From positions 992,001 to 1,056,000 of the forward strand of contig CAVTET010000001.1 of NCBI GenBank assembly GCA_963733675.1: a stretch of 64,000 nt of DNA. The letters are read 5' to 3'. Each line of letters begins with the position of its first letter. Positions within the stretch are counted from its first letter, which is position 1. The notes beneath the pieces are model-generated. The model had not been told where the DNA came from, did no database searches, and saw only the letters and a list, made by a program, of their open reading frames with translations. This document shows, piece by piece, positions 11,879 through 24,788 of this stretch. This DNA is from an uncultured Methanosarcinaceae archaeon. Its GTDB lineage: Archaea; Halobacteriota; Methanosarcinia; Methanosarcinales; Methanosarcinaceae. The translations under genes and the position numbers were made by a program.

Positions 11879-13918
11879 TTGGCACTTAGCTTAGTATTCA
11901 GTCAAAATATCAAAATAATATTTAAAAGACGGTCTATTATGGAAATGGAGTCTAAAGTATTCTTTCTATTAATCAGTATGATTTTATTTTCGGGGACTGC
12001 ACTTGCGACATCTCTGACCTTGAAATCTGCGGCACAGCCTTATTACATTGATCCACAACATAATTTGTGGCTTAAAGTCAACATTAACGGCAGCACACAA
12101 CATTTCAATGTGTATAATACACCTGGCTATCCCCCAAATGGGGATGCAGTCATGTGGGCATACGATAACTTTAGCTCAGGCAGCTTAAATACATCAAAGT
12201 GGACAGCATACAAAGAAGGAAACAATAATTCAACAGTAGACATACAGCATGGACATCTGGTGTTGTCAGGCTCTGATAACACATCTTCTGCAAATGTTGT
12301 GCTGAATAAATCGTTCACGAACGGCATTGAATTGGCGGTCAATGAAACACTAACAGGGGGTACCCATAACTTAGGCACATTCTCTAATGCTTCTTTTGGT
12401 CTCGGTACACTCGTAGGTGGGATTAGGGGAACAGATTGGTGGCATACACATTTCAAAGCTGGTGGTGGCTCATTCCAAAGTCAAGGAATAGACAAAGCAA
12501 TAATTTGGGTAAACTCAAACAGTTCGGATATTAATGTGCCAATCCCTGGGATCAGACTAAATGATTACGTCCAAGAGAATATTTCACATACAGTGGCATA
12601 CAGTCATGATTCTTCTGGTAATGCAAATATGTACATGCTAAATGTAACTCAAAATCGTCTACCCTTATCTATACCTGATCCATATTGGTATAACCAGTTC
12701 AATCACCCATCTATCTATTTCAATAAGACTGGCATATTTGGTCACAAATGGTGGATGTTTATTACACCATATGCATACTCGAGAGGTGAGCTTGAAAATG
12801 CATGTTTGTACTATTCTGATGATGGCCTAATTTGGCATGTACCGCCAGGAGTGAAAAATCCTATTGGAACACCAATAGAATCTGAGTATGAATCAAATGC
12901 TTATGGTCTTGATCCGTATGGTTCTGATCCATACGGTTCTGATTCACGTGGTTCTGATCTATATGGATCTGATTCGCATATAATATACAATCCTAATATC
13001 GGGAAATTCATGTGCTACTATGTAATAGTAGATGTCGTTGGTGATGAAACCGTAGAAGATCCGAAGGTTAAGACTTATGATGGTATTACTGTTTCACCAG
13101 AAATAAATGTCAATGGTCATGGTGTATCACCAGCTGTATTGTATGATGAAGCTACGAGAACATATTACATGTGGATTGTTGATATCGATCCTACCCCGCA
13201 TGTAATATACAGATACACGTCCACTGATGGGATTCATTTTAGTAATAAGCAAGCAGTGGGTCTATCAAGTTAATATCACCCCTGGCATATTAATGTAATG
13301 AATTATCCAGGAAAATCGACAATTTATGCATTACTTACAATGTATAGTAACAACGGATTCACCGGCGATCTACATATTGCAACTGCAAATAACTACACCG
13401 ATAATTTTACAGTTCAAAACACATCACTTCTAAAACTCAAGGAATCATCATGTCCAACACATAAGGATACTCTGTTATATCGTAGTGCAGGTGTATTTAG
13501 TGATGACGGAAACATCTTGAAACTCTGGATACCTGTGCAAGATAATAATGGAGTTTGGACTGTTTTTTACACGCAAGCAACTAAGGAAAAAGGTGTCTGG
13601 AAAGTTGGAAATTTCACAACTCCGCGTGCACCGCTTATGACAACCAAAAACACATAATACCTCTACACACCAAAACAATGGATGATATCACAAGGCGATT
13701 CGCCAAAAAGTCATGGAGTCAAAAGAGAAATCAATGAAGTTTGGGGGTATAAAATAGGTCACACACCAAAAATAAATGTAAAAAATATGGGGACGTACAC
13801 TCAAATTGATGTTAAGCCGACCAATTTATAAAACGTGTTTGATTATCAGGTAATGATCCCTGCTAGTATGCTTAACATATCATCCCAGAGAGAATCTCTG
13901 GATGTTGAGCATGCATAA
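11879..13918 (+). pseudogene. Secreted/surface protein with DUF2341-like segments and a glycoside-hydrolase-like propeller region; in-frame TAA at 13271 and further disruptions
   Basis: Signal peptide; HPSIYF..WWMFITPY..ENACLYYSDDGLIW; GLSS*YHPWHINVMNYPG joins the two ORFs in frame; 15-bp YGSD tandem repeat at ~12900-12975. Confidence 0.6.
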
Positions 13919-14447
13919 GTACACAAAATAAACAGCGTTGTATAAAGGGCAGCTTGTAAATCTCAATTTTAGTAATTTAATTAGGGCTTACAAGGCTGTC
14001 TTCTGCAAGACTATGTTAACAGGGGTTAAAAATCACATTTTATGAAGTTCAAAAATTCCAATATTCAAAAATTATGCGGATAAAACAATGACTTTAACAT
14101 AAAAATATAGACTACAAGATATATTCATTGGTACGCTGTTTATCAATTGCCTTTGAAGTGTGCATAAGCTTAAAATGGTTAGGATATTATAAAATATCTT
14201 ATTATAACATATTAGAATGTAATGAAGATAATCAGATATAATGCTGCTGTTAAAGTGTCTGGTTTACCATCATTTTCATCCATTTTGCTTCCGTTCCGTG
14301 ACTGATCAGATTCTGTTTTACAGAACTTTCAGGACACTGTTTATCCAGGTAAAGTACCAAACATCCGATAAAATCTGATTAACTTCGTACTTTTTTCTTT
14401 ACCACAACAGAAAAGGATAAAGAGCTGGTCACACTTTACAAAACTTA

Positions 14448-14795
14448 TCAATTTTTTTGAATTTTTTCGTCAATTTGCAGCTTATTCTCCATTTGAGTAC
14501 CAAAATCGCCTTCAAAACTATTTTTTGCTCTGTAATACCCAAGGAAGTAACCAATAATTATTGCACCAGTAGCTGCCTGAAGGCCAAAAAGCAGACTTTC
14601 GATTTCATCACTTGGGGGAACCCAGATAGGTTTCGCAATAGGTTTGTAAGCCCCACCTGTAATTTGATCAATAACGGCTGCAGGTTTGTCGTCAGCTCCA
14701 CCATATTCGGCATGTGTAGTAGAAGACATATAAAAGAACTGGGCTGCAAAAATCAGAATTATAGCAATCACGATAAATTCAAGTTTCCTGCTCAT
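14448..14795 (-). CDS. cbiN: Cobalt ECF transporter subunit CbiN
   Basis: YGGADD...[35 protein letters not shown]. Confidence 0.92.
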   Translation of the reverse strand: MSRKLEFIVIAIILIFAAQFFYMSSTTHAEYGGADDKPAAVIDQITGGAYKPIAKPIWVPPSDEIESLLFGLQAATGAIIIGYFLGYYRAKNSFEGDFGTQMENKLQIDEKIQKN

Positions 14796-15499
14796 GCAGC
14801 AAGCCCCCTGATTTTGCGAACTAAAGATTCGGTCAATACGTTCATTTCAACAAGGATATCACTCTTGACTTCAATCACGTACTTGAAGAGTAGGGCACTA
14901 ACAGCGCCTTCGATGATTGCCAGGGGTATCTGAGTAATTGCGAAGACTTCCAGAAATTTGCTGAATGAACTGAAGAAACCCACATAATTTAAGATTCCTC
15001 CTGCAGGAAATGCCAAAGCAAGTTCCGTAGAAGTTGTAATATAAGTAGCCCAGTCTCCGAAAGCTGCAGCCAGAAAGACAATTAAATAAAAGTTGATTTT
15101 GGTTCTCATTCCGGCCTTATAAATTAGGTATGACACCACAGGACCCACGATGCCCATTGAGAATACATTTGCTCCGAGGGTCGTAAGCCCACCATGAGCT
15201 AGGAAGAGAGCTTGGAAAATCAGCACAATCGTCCCAAGAACTGCAGTAATCGCAGGTCCAAAAATGATTGCACCTACACCTGTTCCTGTAGGGTGGGAAC
15301 AACTTCCTGTAACGGAAGGCATTTTCAAGGAGGAAAGTACGAAGATAAATGCACCTGCGACAGCAAGGATAGGTAATATCTCGCGTTTTTTGTTCACTAA
15401 TTTATTCATTTTGTAAACACCAAATGCGACCACTGGTATTGATACTGCAAACCATACTAGACACCAAAATACCGGTAAAAAGCCTTCCATTATATGCAT
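14792..15499 (-). CDS. cbiM: Cobalt ECF transporter S component CbiM
   Basis: Starts MHIMEGFLP; [15 protein letters not shown]; [12 protein letters not shown]. Confidence 0.95.
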   Translation of the reverse strand: MHIMEGFLPVFWCLVWFAVSIPVVAFGVYKMNKLVNKKREILPILAVAGAFIFVLSSLKMPSVTGSCSHPTGTGVGAIIFGPAITAVLGTIVLIFQALFLAHGGLTTLGANVFSMGIVGPVVSYLIYKAGMRTKINFYLIVFLAAAFGDWATYITTSTELALAFPAGGILNYVGFFSSFSKFLEVFAITQIPLAIIEGAVSALLFKYVIEVKSDILVEMNVLTESLVRKIRGLAA

Positions 15500-15535
15500 A
15501 AGATCACCATGAAATATCAAGTCAAGTAACTATGA

Positions 15536-15656
15536 TTAAGACTCACGCACTTGAGGTACAAAATCAAGCTTAATAGACTAAGTAGTTTAAACTTGAATTT
15601 TAACCAGCATAAGGTTTAATGCAGTTGATTTTTCAGTTAAACAGTGTGAGTCTTAA
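15536..15656. mobile_element. ~120-bp MITE-like Methanosarcina repeat
   Basis: Perfect terminal IR TTAAGACTCAC/GTGAGTCTTAA; internal CACTTGAGGTACAAAATCAAG...TTTAATGCAGTTGATTTTTCAGTT shared with copies at 29361, 31547 and 54181. Confidence 0.8.
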
Positions 15657-15954
15657 TATTATCTTAAGTAAAGGTTAGTTAATTTAAATCAAATTTAGTT
15701 GTTTTAAACCTAAATAAAGATTGTTATTTAAAAAAACCAACTGCATAACAATTTATAAAAGTAATTTAGTGTAACAATCGCACTCAATGTAAAATAAATT
15801 ATAGATTAAAACAAGTTAAACCTAAATCAATAGATGGTTCTTTTGGAACGTTATTTATATTGCTTCAAATAATCCCCTTAAGAAACCTGAGATGTTCCCA
15901 CATCTCCAGACGTCGGTGATCTTGGAGATGAGATGAGTCTAGATGTGCTGGTGT

Positions 15955-16296
15955 TTATGCGGCTGGTTTTGTTCCTGGATCTTTTGATGCTGTTTCTGGA
16001 AATAGAGTTGCTCCTGCAAGATTTGGACTTGGATCTGGAGCTTTTGCGGGCTCTGCAGGTTCTGAAGCATTCACACTATATGGCATTCCACCGTATGAAG
16101 GACAAATCCAATTACCGTTTACCCATACACAACCAGTACCATAGCCCTAGTAAGGATGAATTCCCCAGCCCCAGACGCCACCCCAGCGACCGCCACCATG
16201 TGCACTAACTGCCACTGTTGTCACAGATAATACAAGAAGTACTGCCAGCAAAATGGTCAGTATCTTTTTTAATCTACTCACTTTTTGTTTCAACAT
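15955..16296 (-). CDS. Small secreted Gly/Trp-rich, Cys-pair peptide with an in-frame TAG at codon 50 (16147-16149)
   Basis: MLKQKVSRLKKILTILLAVLLVLSVTTVAVSA-HGGGRWGGVWGWGIHPY*GYGTGCVWVNGNWICPSYGG... open to TAA at 15955; not in the ORF track. Confidence 0.75.
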
Positions 16297-16866
16297 TTAA
16301 CTCATTCCTTTCTTGTTAGGTTTAATACAATCTTAATCCGGCTAGAAAATAATTTGTTGAGATCGGAGGTTTATTTTAACTTTCATGTGGCTGTATGGTA
16401 AACTTGTATTTAATATTTTTCGTTTATTTAATTATATTTTATGCTATTAAAGTTAAAAATTGTGTTATTTATTCCAAAAAAAGAATTTATATATGTTACT
16501 GATTGAACAATCATTCGTCAAATCAATTAAATTAAAGACCCAAAAATTTTGATATTTTACAGATGCTATGCCAGAAAAGATTTTTGGAAATATTGAAATT
16601 ATAGATGTTCAGGTTTTTCTTACCTGGCTATCTAAAATATTTACACTTACAAGCCAGCAAAAGTTTGTTAATATCAAGTAGGCAGTGTACTAGATTTCTG
16701 TAAATTTTGAATGGTTATACGCCTTTTATTCACTATTTGTTCTAATTCATGGACCTAATTATCATTACAATTCACATTTTGACTCAAAATGCAATGCTTC
16801 TCTTGGATCTATGCAAGATGGGAATAAAGCTTTACTTATGAATAAAATTAAAAATTGTCCGAAAAA

Positions 16867-16894
16867 GTAATATAAATATACATATATGTAATAC
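16867..16894. promoter_or_regulatory. NikR-like operator overlapping an AT-rich promoter
   Basis: GTAATA-N16-TAATAC has the same geometry as the E. coli NikR site GTATGA-N16-TCATAC, 90 bp upstream of nikM. Confidence 0.65.
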
Positions 16895-16983
16895 TGAACA
16901 AACTTGTGAAGTTAAACTAATACTCGGTCAGAATAAAGATTTCAGCTCAGAACCATAGGAAATTAGTTAGGGGAATAGATAAA

Positions 16984-17708
16984 ATGCACATCCCAGATGG
17001 ATATTTAGGGCCGCATACATATATTATTTTTTGGATCATCATGATTCCGATATGGTATTATGCGGGACAGAAGCTGAGCACAGAGCTCAAATCCAAACAG
17101 GTACCACTGCTAGCGCTATCAGCTGCGTTTTCATTTGTAATAATGATGTTTAAATCCCTGTTCCAGGTGGTAGCACAGGCCATGCCGTAGGCGGTGGAAT
17201 TATTGCCCTAGTCATAGGCCCCTGGGCAGCAATTATAGCTATATCTGTAACTTTGGTGTTACAAGCAATGATTTTCGGTGATGGTGGAATAACAGCCATA
17301 GCCACTAACTGCTTTAATATGGGAGTAGTAGTACCTTTTGTCGCTTACTATGCCTATAAGCTTATTAGCGGAAATTCAGAGATTACATCTTCTATAAGAG
17401 TTATTGCTGCGGCCATTGCTGGCTGGATTTCTTTGACCATGGCATCTTTTTGTGCGGGCATTGAATTAGGAATACAGCCAATTTTAGAGCACACTGCTAA
17501 AGGAGTCCCACTTTACATGCCATATACTTGGAGTGTAACTGTTCCTGCCATGGTACTTGAACACGCTTTGGCATTTAGTATTCTTGAAGCACTGATCACA
17601 GCAATTATTTTTGCTTATATCCAGAGAACAGATACATCTGTATTTTACGGAGAGAAATCTGAAGCTGAAATTAACAGAATAGAAATAATGAATGGAGTCA
17701 CAATCTGA
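16984..17708 (+). pseudogene. Nickel/cobalt ECF S component (NikM/CbiM family), frameshift at ~17152
   Basis: MHIPDGYLGP start; ATGTTTAAATCCCTG versus ATGTTCAATATCCCTG in the intact copy at 54503 (1-bp loss). Confidence 0.9.
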
Positions 17709-17717
17709 GGTGAGAAT

Positions 17718-18041
17718 GTGGATAAGATGATAAGAAACTTATCTATTGGCTTGATATTATTGATCATATTTGCGCCTTTAGGTCTGCTTGCAGCAGGCAC
17801 TGCATATGGTGAATGGGCACCAGATGAGCTTAAGGACCGGATCGGGTTTGTGCCACATGGGTTGGAAGAGCTCTCGGATCTATGGCATTCACCAATGCAG
17901 GATTATAACATCCCTAACGCCCCTTCTTTTAAGGATTCGAAGCTGGTATCTTCTGTAGGATATATTCTGTCTGCAGTAATCGGTGTAATAGTTAGTGGCA
18001 GTTTTTTATATTTAATTGGAAAGAAGGCAACTAAACACTAA
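17718..18041 (+). CDS. PDGLE-domain protein (NikN-like)
   Basis: PLGLLAAGTAYGEW...VPHGLEELSDLWHSPMQDY; follows nikM. Confidence 0.85.
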   Translation: MDKMIRNLSIGLILLIIFAPLGLLAAGTAYGEWAPDELKDRIGFVPHGLEELSDLWHSPMQDYNIPNAPSFKDSKLVSSVGYILSAVIGVIVSGSFLYLIGKKATKH

Positions 18042-18761
18042 CAAATTAATCGCGTCTTGGATCATTATGATCCAAATTTTAATTTTTTTAGAAAGGAAAC
18101 GAGATATATTGGGTCTAAAAAGGCTCAATTACTTGATTTATTGGTTAGATTTCCTGCATGAGTGAAGATTGGATATATCATGAATAGAGTAGGCCCAATA
18201 TTGTGCCAATTTGAAAAATAGTAGATTGGCAGGACGGAGTGGTAAAATCCTTCTATAAAACTTGGTATTTTGTTTAAAAAACCTGAAACACCAGCTATCT
18301 GCACTTATATATACGGAATTCCACTACCACAGGTTCAATGAATGACTTCAGATTCTCGTATTTTTGATATTTTTTGGATAGACATATAATGTATAACAAC
18401 TTCATATTTAATATTTTTCTTTATTCTTTTTATATTTAATGTTATTAGGCTTAAAATTAATATTACTCTTTTTATTTTAATTCAACCACTATTTCAATTT
18501 ACTTTAGTTTCTGAGTTATTATTCATTACATTTTATAAATCATTAATTAAATATACTCTTATAAGTAGATATATAATTATACTATTCTCTTGATAATGAA
18601 ATATAATTATCAATCTGCTTATTTCCATTTATTTCTTTAAAATAGTATATTTAGAATTATGATAATTTTGACCAACAATTTGCCGATTGGGAGTAAATGG
18701 AAAAAATAACAACCATATAAAAATGATACAAAATGAAAATAATTTCGGAGTGTATATAAAT

Positions 18762-19031
18762 ATGGGGAAACACAAATTTGATAGAATGAAAACAATACTT
18801 GGCATTCTCATGTTAGTCTTTGCAGTAGTGCCATTGCTAACAGTGTCAGCGAGTGCACAGAACTCTAATACTAGTTCTGTTGGACCTATGGTAGGACCGT
18901 TTGGATATTACCCACCAGCTCCCTATGGAGATAGTGGGGATAGCGAGGTAGTCTGCGGACCTTATGGATGCTACTGGAATGAAGCCACAGCATACATCCC
19001 GAAGGCTATAATAGCCGATAATGGTTGGTAA
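18762..19031 (+). CDS. Small secreted Gly/Pro/Tyr-rich Cys-pair peptide
   Basis: ATG after GGAG; MGKHKFDRMKTILGILMLVFAVVPLLTVSASA leader; CGPYGC. Confidence 0.7.
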   Translation: MGKHKFDRMKTILGILMLVFAVVPLLTVSASAQNSNTSSVGPMVGPFGYYPPAPYGDSGDSEVVCGPYGCYWNEATAYIPKAIIADNGW

Positions 19032-19488
19032 AAATAAACCGTTATTTCGTCAATGATCTCAATCGCTGACTAATTAAGCGTGGAAAGGAAACAACATTTA
19101 GTATCTGCTTGTAACCACAAAAATAGATTGGACTGAAAAAAAGCTGATTTACTAAAAATTAAATGCATCTACTTTTTGCTATACTTTTCAGTTTGTGGGT
19201 TGGGTACTAATGAACAAAATATTAAGGGAAAGTTCACGCTTCGAACCTATAATATTAAACCCATACATCAATGAAAAAATAAGAAAAAGACATTTGTCCG
19301 TAAAGATATTGGCTTTTCATTAACTTAAAAAAAGGACAAAATAATAACTACGGAAGAAGATAAAAAATAGGGCAATATTGATAACCTTAAAGAATATCAT
19401 TATTGCCCTGAAAAATTTGGTGACCAATCATTTTGAATTATACATGGAGATTACATCCATCAACATGAAATTAACAACAATAAGATAT

Positions 19489-19780
19489 TGTTTGTGCAGT
19501 TAGTGAGATCATCAATCCGATACTTTTAAGCTTATTTTTCCCTAACTGTTTAACTTGTTCTGCGAATAGACTGAGCAATTTCTGTTTTTCATTGGGAAGA
19601 AAAAACAGGATCGATTACACTTTAAAGAACTTTATGTATACTGCCAGAACTATATATTTATCATTTCCTTATTTTTCTATTTACAATGGTTGTTTGAGTT
19701 AAGTAGTTCCAAGTGTTCTAGGAGCTCCACATGTTCTAAAAGTCCCAGAAGCTCCAAGAGTTCCAAAAGTTACAAGAGTC
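19489..19780. repeat. Second copy of the ~280-bp dispersed repeat
   Basis: Colinear similarity with 11341-11615. Confidence 0.85.
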
Positions 19781-20386
19781 CGGAATCAACAATGTGTTCT
19801 GATTACTGATGGCATTTCGGAAATCCAGAGATTTAAACATTTAAACTATGCATAATCAAGGGATCCAGATTCGGCTACATACAATAGTTCAATAAACCAA
19901 CAAATTGTGGATGTGGCAAAGGGGGTAAAAATTACAATAAAAATAGTATATCTAGTAAAAGGACATCCAAAGACTGCTTATTTGCATTGTGATGTAACAT
20001 AGGGTATAGAAAAAATTTATAATTTGCCAGAATAAATATTGTTTTGTCGAACAGACAAACAAATCCTCATACAGTAAATTAGAAACTGTTGATGTGTGCA
20101 GCATCAGCAGTACCTTCCTCTCTAATTTATTATAGATTTAGAATTTGAACTAAAAAAAATATCTCAGATCAATTTTAGTTTCGCTTAAATATTACCCACT
20201 TGTATTTTTGGAGTTATTTTTTGTGATTAATGTCTAAATTTAGATCCAGAAACTGAAAATAAAGGAATAGATACTTGATAAAATAAGTAAATAGGTATGT
20301 ACACATGACTTTTTTGACATTCGGATTTCTGTAAAGCCTAAATTTTGAAATCGATAACTTTCAAGGTGGCTACAACTGGGAAAAGC

Positions 20387-21016
20387 TTATGGTATTTTCC
20401 GGTAGCCCCATATAGTCAACGATAAATCGATCATTAAATCAGTCAGAACTTCTTCATTCGTGAAAGGCACTGGATATATCATGTTAAGGAGAATAGTGCC
20501 TTTTATCATAATCCCCCAGTACATCAGGAGTTCTAAAGGATCCTTATTCCCTATTTTAACGTTATTGAAACGGGCAAAAAAATCAGCTGTAGCTTTGTAG
20601 TCTTTAAAGTCCATCTTTTTGACTTCATCTCTAATTTCACCATCAACCGGTGCAGCAATTGTCAATGCCTTTACCAAAGAACTATTGTCTTTATTGAGTT
20701 GTTGCAGATTTTTGATGATGATTTTCATGTATCCTGGAAAATCATTGAAATCAACATTTTCTGGCTGCTTTATCATCAACAGTTCGTCTGTATATTGGTG
20801 ATTGATTCCTTTAAGGATATCAAATTCTCCGTCTGGAAAATATTTATGGATCAGGCCTATACTTACATTGGCTGAATCTTCTATATCTTGAATGGTCACT
20901 TTTTCGTAACCTTTTGTTCCAATGAGCATACGTGTAGTATCTTGAATAGAAATGCTTTTAGCTTTATCATCTGGTTCGATGCTCATTTCGTCATCTTGAA
21001 CAGTCTTTTTATTCAC
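20387..21016 (-). CDS. TetR/AcrR-family transcriptional regulator
   Basis: KGYEKVTIQDI...ANVSIGLIHKYFP HTH. Confidence 0.85.
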   Translation of the reverse strand: MNKKTVQDDEMSIEPDDKAKSISIQDTTRMLIGTKGYEKVTIQDIEDSANVSIGLIHKYFPDGEFDILKGINHQYTDELLMIKQPENVDFNDFPGYMKIIIKNLQQLNKDNSSLVKALTIAAPVDGEIRDEVKKMDFKDYKATADFFARFNNVKIGNKDPLELLMYWGIMIKGTILLNMIYPVPFTNEEVLTDLMIDLSLTIWGYRKIP

Positions 21017-21627
21017 TATATAATACCCTCTTAATTTATAGAAGTTAAGAACAACAATTTTAGTTAAGTGAATGCAGATAGTAACGTTTTCGACAATCCA
21101 GTATAAGATTACATAAACAGTAAGAATTTAGTTTACATTTGATTTATAGTTTTATTTAGTTATAGTTCCTATCATTAACCATTAACCGATCCATATATAC
21201 TGATCAACCAACAATCGACAAAATTTCAAATTGGAAATTGGCCAAGGTTCAAAACTTTGCGCTGAAGTAAACAAAGTAATTGTTGATTTGAAATAACAGT
21301 TTTTTAACATCGATGAACTTAAGAGTACTTTCACATTAAGCAGTTGATATTTTAAGAATTCTGTATTACCATAGTTCTCAAATTTTAAGCACCTAATTCT
21401 AGTTCACATTTGATACAAAACAATATTTTTATGATAAAGGAAAGAGATTCTGATACAAAAATTGTGTATATAGAAAAAAAATAGAAGTTTTATTAGTACA
21501 ATCATTGACTTTTTTATTTTATCAAAATCAGTTTTAAAATGCAGATTGCGACAATACAATCATTTTTTCTATAAAACCCGAAATCTAAAAAAAATGATAA
21601 AATGCCATCAAAAGCAAAAAAGGCATT

Positions 21628-23712
21628 CTACCATATCACAGGCCTCTCATCCTCTGTCCTGTAGAGTTTATCTACTGGCTTTATACTAGAGAACGCCTTG
21701 TAAAACTCAGGCACATTGAAGACAACGCCGTTGACCCTAAACCTGTTTGGAGGGTGGGGATCAGTAAGTGCTCGCATCCTCGGCTTTCATCAGTTTCAGA
21801 TTGCCTCCACATCTGGGCGAAGCTTAAGAAGAATCTTTGATCACCCGTAAATCCATCAATCGTCTTAGGCCCCTCTTTCAATGAAAGTTTGTAGGCATGG
21901 TAGGCCATCGTCAATCCGCCGAAGTCTGCTATATTCTCCTGCAGGGTCAGATTGCCGTTGACGTGTAGGCCGGGCAGAACCTCGAAACTGTTGTACTCAT
22001 CCACCAAAATACCCGTGTTTTTATTAAAGCTATCAGCATCTTTTGGTGTCCACCAATTAGTTAAATTTCCATTAACATCGAATTTTCTGCCCTGGCTATC
22101 GAAGTGGTGAGTCATCTCGTGTCCTATGATGGCACCAATTGCACCGTAGTTTACCGCATCATCAGCGTCCTTGTTGAAGAAGGGAGGCTGAAGAATGCCA
22201 GCTGGGAAGACTACGAGAACCTTATTAACATCAGCATAGGCGTTAGCCTCCTGGGGATTCATCTCCCAGAGCTTACGATCCACTAGCTTGCCTATCTTAT
22301 CCAAGCCATCGAAACTGTGGTGGAACTTAAATTTCGAGGCACGAATGGTATTCATAACATATGAATCATTATTCACTTCAAGCTCTGAATAATTCAGCCA
22401 TTCATCGGGGTAACCTACTTGAACATCCAAAACATCAAGCTTCATTAGGGCCTTTTTCTTGGTTTCGGGTTCCATCCATGTCAAATTTTTAATTATATCC
22501 ATGAATGCTTTCTTTAGGTTGGATACAATCTCCTGCATCCTGGCCTTGGAGCTTGAGTCGAAATACCTGTCTACATAGACCCTGCCTATGTCCTCACCTA
22601 TGGCTTTGTATTCTGCATCAAGGACCCTCTTCCAGCGAGGCTTCATCTCCTGTTGGCCATTGAGCTCTTTCTCATAGAAATTAAAATGCCCTATCTCTAG
22701 ATCTGAACTGAGATAGGGAGAAGTAGCTAAAATCAACTTCCAACGAAGGAAAGTTTTTAAGTCATTTATATTCTCTTCCTGAATAATAGTGCTTAACTCC
22801 TTGAAGTATGATGGGTTTCTTACATTGACCTCAGTTATTTTCGGCTGGCCCAAGAAACTAAAGGCACTAGACCAATTCATTCCTGGAGCAAAGGCCTGAA
22901 GCTCCTCAAGGTTCATCTTATTATATGTCTTGACCTCATCTTTATCTTTCACATTAGTAAAGGATGCATTGGCGAGCTTGGTCTCTATTTCCATGACGGT
23001 TTTGGCATTACTCTTCGCGATCTTTGGGCTATCACCGAGAAAGACGAACATTTTGGCAACGTGAGTTAGATATTGCTCTCTTATCTGGATAGATTCGTTG
23101 TCCTGTCTGAAATAGAAATCTCTATCTTGAAGGCCTAACCCCCCCTGAGTGAGAGTAACGATCATGATCGTACTGTTCTTTTTATTGGGCTCGGCATACA
23201 TAGAGAAGAAAGGATCTATGCCACAATCCATCATTTTCATGGATACAGATTGGACATCGGAGATGTTGGCGATGCTGTCTATCATCTTTAGCTCGTCTTT
23301 GATGGGATCAAGGCGCTGCTTTTCAAGGGTAGCAGTATCCATTCCCATAATGTAAAATTTACCTATCTTCTGCTCGCGGCTTTTCTTAGGAGCAGAGGTG
23401 TTGTTGGCTGCACTTTCCACTATACTTTTAACGTGGTCATAGGTTTTGTCCTCCACTATCTTCAGACTCTCCGTATCGTGATTTATCTGCAGGTACTGGG
23501 TGGCTTTTTATCCAAGCCTCTTTAACATACTCATAAAAATCGTCGCCAGGTTTTACTAAGAAGTTCATACCCCCTGGATCGAAAGCTTTCTCATATCCTG
23601 AAATCGTTTTATTACCCATCGAAGTTTCAGAAGAACCAAAAGCTACGAGGTTTAAAGCGATAATTAATGTGATACCAAAAACGAATACATATATTACTCT
23701 CTTTCTTTTCAT
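21628..23712 (-). pseudogene. M13 (neprilysin/PepO) metallo-endopeptidase with frameshifts near 23455 and 21780
   Basis: VKPGDDFYEYV, VFPAGILQPPFF, HEMTH, ENIADFGG; shifted-frame C-terminus HPPNRFRVNGVVFNVPEFY...RPVIW*. Confidence 0.9.
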
Positions 23713-23940
23713 ACGTCCTCAACTTCTATGGATTCTAAAATATCTCTTACACTAGAGCAGATGTCTGAGTTAATTTCTCAAAAGCTCCAATATTGAGTAT
23801 ATCTACAAATACTAAGTCACAAGAATATCAAAATTATTATCGTTTGCAAAAAATGGATGGAAAATTCCATTCAGAGATAAAAAGTATAATTCATTAAGTT
23901 AAAGACCAAAATAATGCAGAGGTAGGTTTATATTATCCAA

Positions 23941-24609
23941 TTGGATAGGTTTAAAATACAATTGCTCTTTTTACTATTGTTGCTGGTACTTATCTCGCCC
24001 ATCACATCAACAGCTTCTGAATTTAGTTATCCAAGAATTTCAGATCACCCATGGGATCATTCCCCTATCACCGTATATATAAATAACAAAACTGTTCCGC
24101 TCCATTATAGTCCCACATATTACGCAGATATAGAAAAAGCTCTGAATTATTGGTCAGGAGGTGGAAATGGTAAACTGAAGTATATTCCTGTGTTTGAGAT
24201 TGTGGATTCAGAAGATGCTGATATCAGGATAAAATGGGACACAAATCTGCAGAAAGATCAAGGTGCTCCTCATGGAGTTGCAGGTGAAACAATCCGGCAT
24301 ATTGCCAATGAGCAATTTGTATACGTAACTATTATACTTGGAGTTGGAAATCAGCAGTGGATTGATTGGGTTCCGTATAGTGATACAGCAATGATTGCCA
24401 TTGTAGAACATGAATTAGGCCATGCCTTGGGGTTGGATCACAGCAATGATCCACGGGATATTATGTATCCATCCAATGAGCAGATAGATAACACAAATCC
24501 TTTCTTGCAGAGTAAATACGGTTCTCTTTTGCTTATTGTGTTTTACACAGCTATTGCGGTTATCGTCTTCATCTATGTAAGCTGGTTACTTAACAGGAAA
24601 AAAAGATAA
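23941..24609 (+). CDS. Matrixin (M10) zinc metalloprotease, membrane anchored
   Basis: HELGHALGLDHS and Met-turn IMYP; signal peptide and C-terminal TM helix. Confidence 0.92.
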   Translation: MDRFKIQLLFLLLLLVLISPITSTASEFSYPRISDHPWDHSPITVYINNKTVPLHYSPTYYADIEKALNYWSGGGNGKLKYIPVFEIVDSEDADIRIKWDTNLQKDQGAPHGVAGETIRHIANEQFVYVTIILGVGNQQWIDWVPYSDTAMIAIVEHELGHALGLDHSNDPRDIMYPSNEQIDNTNPFLQSKYGSLLLIVFYTAIAVIVFIYVSWLLNRKKR

Positions 24610-24788
24610 ACACTTAAGGATGAGTACTTTAAATAAAGATTTCTCGATAGTGTATCGATTTTCTGTAAAATCATAACATTTGAGTGGCTCTGTATAAATT
24701 TTCTATAAACTGGCTTCATTAGGTTCAATTTATCCGACATTCTGTAGATGTACATAGATATAGAATGTCGGTTAGTTTATCTTGAGTA

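Noticed and set aside
15500-15900. Cobalamin riboswitch upstream of cbiM
   Set aside because: No B12-box motifs; the structure there is the MITE-like repeat
15933-16208. Plus-strand 91-aa ORF in the track
   Set aside because: Antisense to the signal-peptide-bearing minus-strand gene
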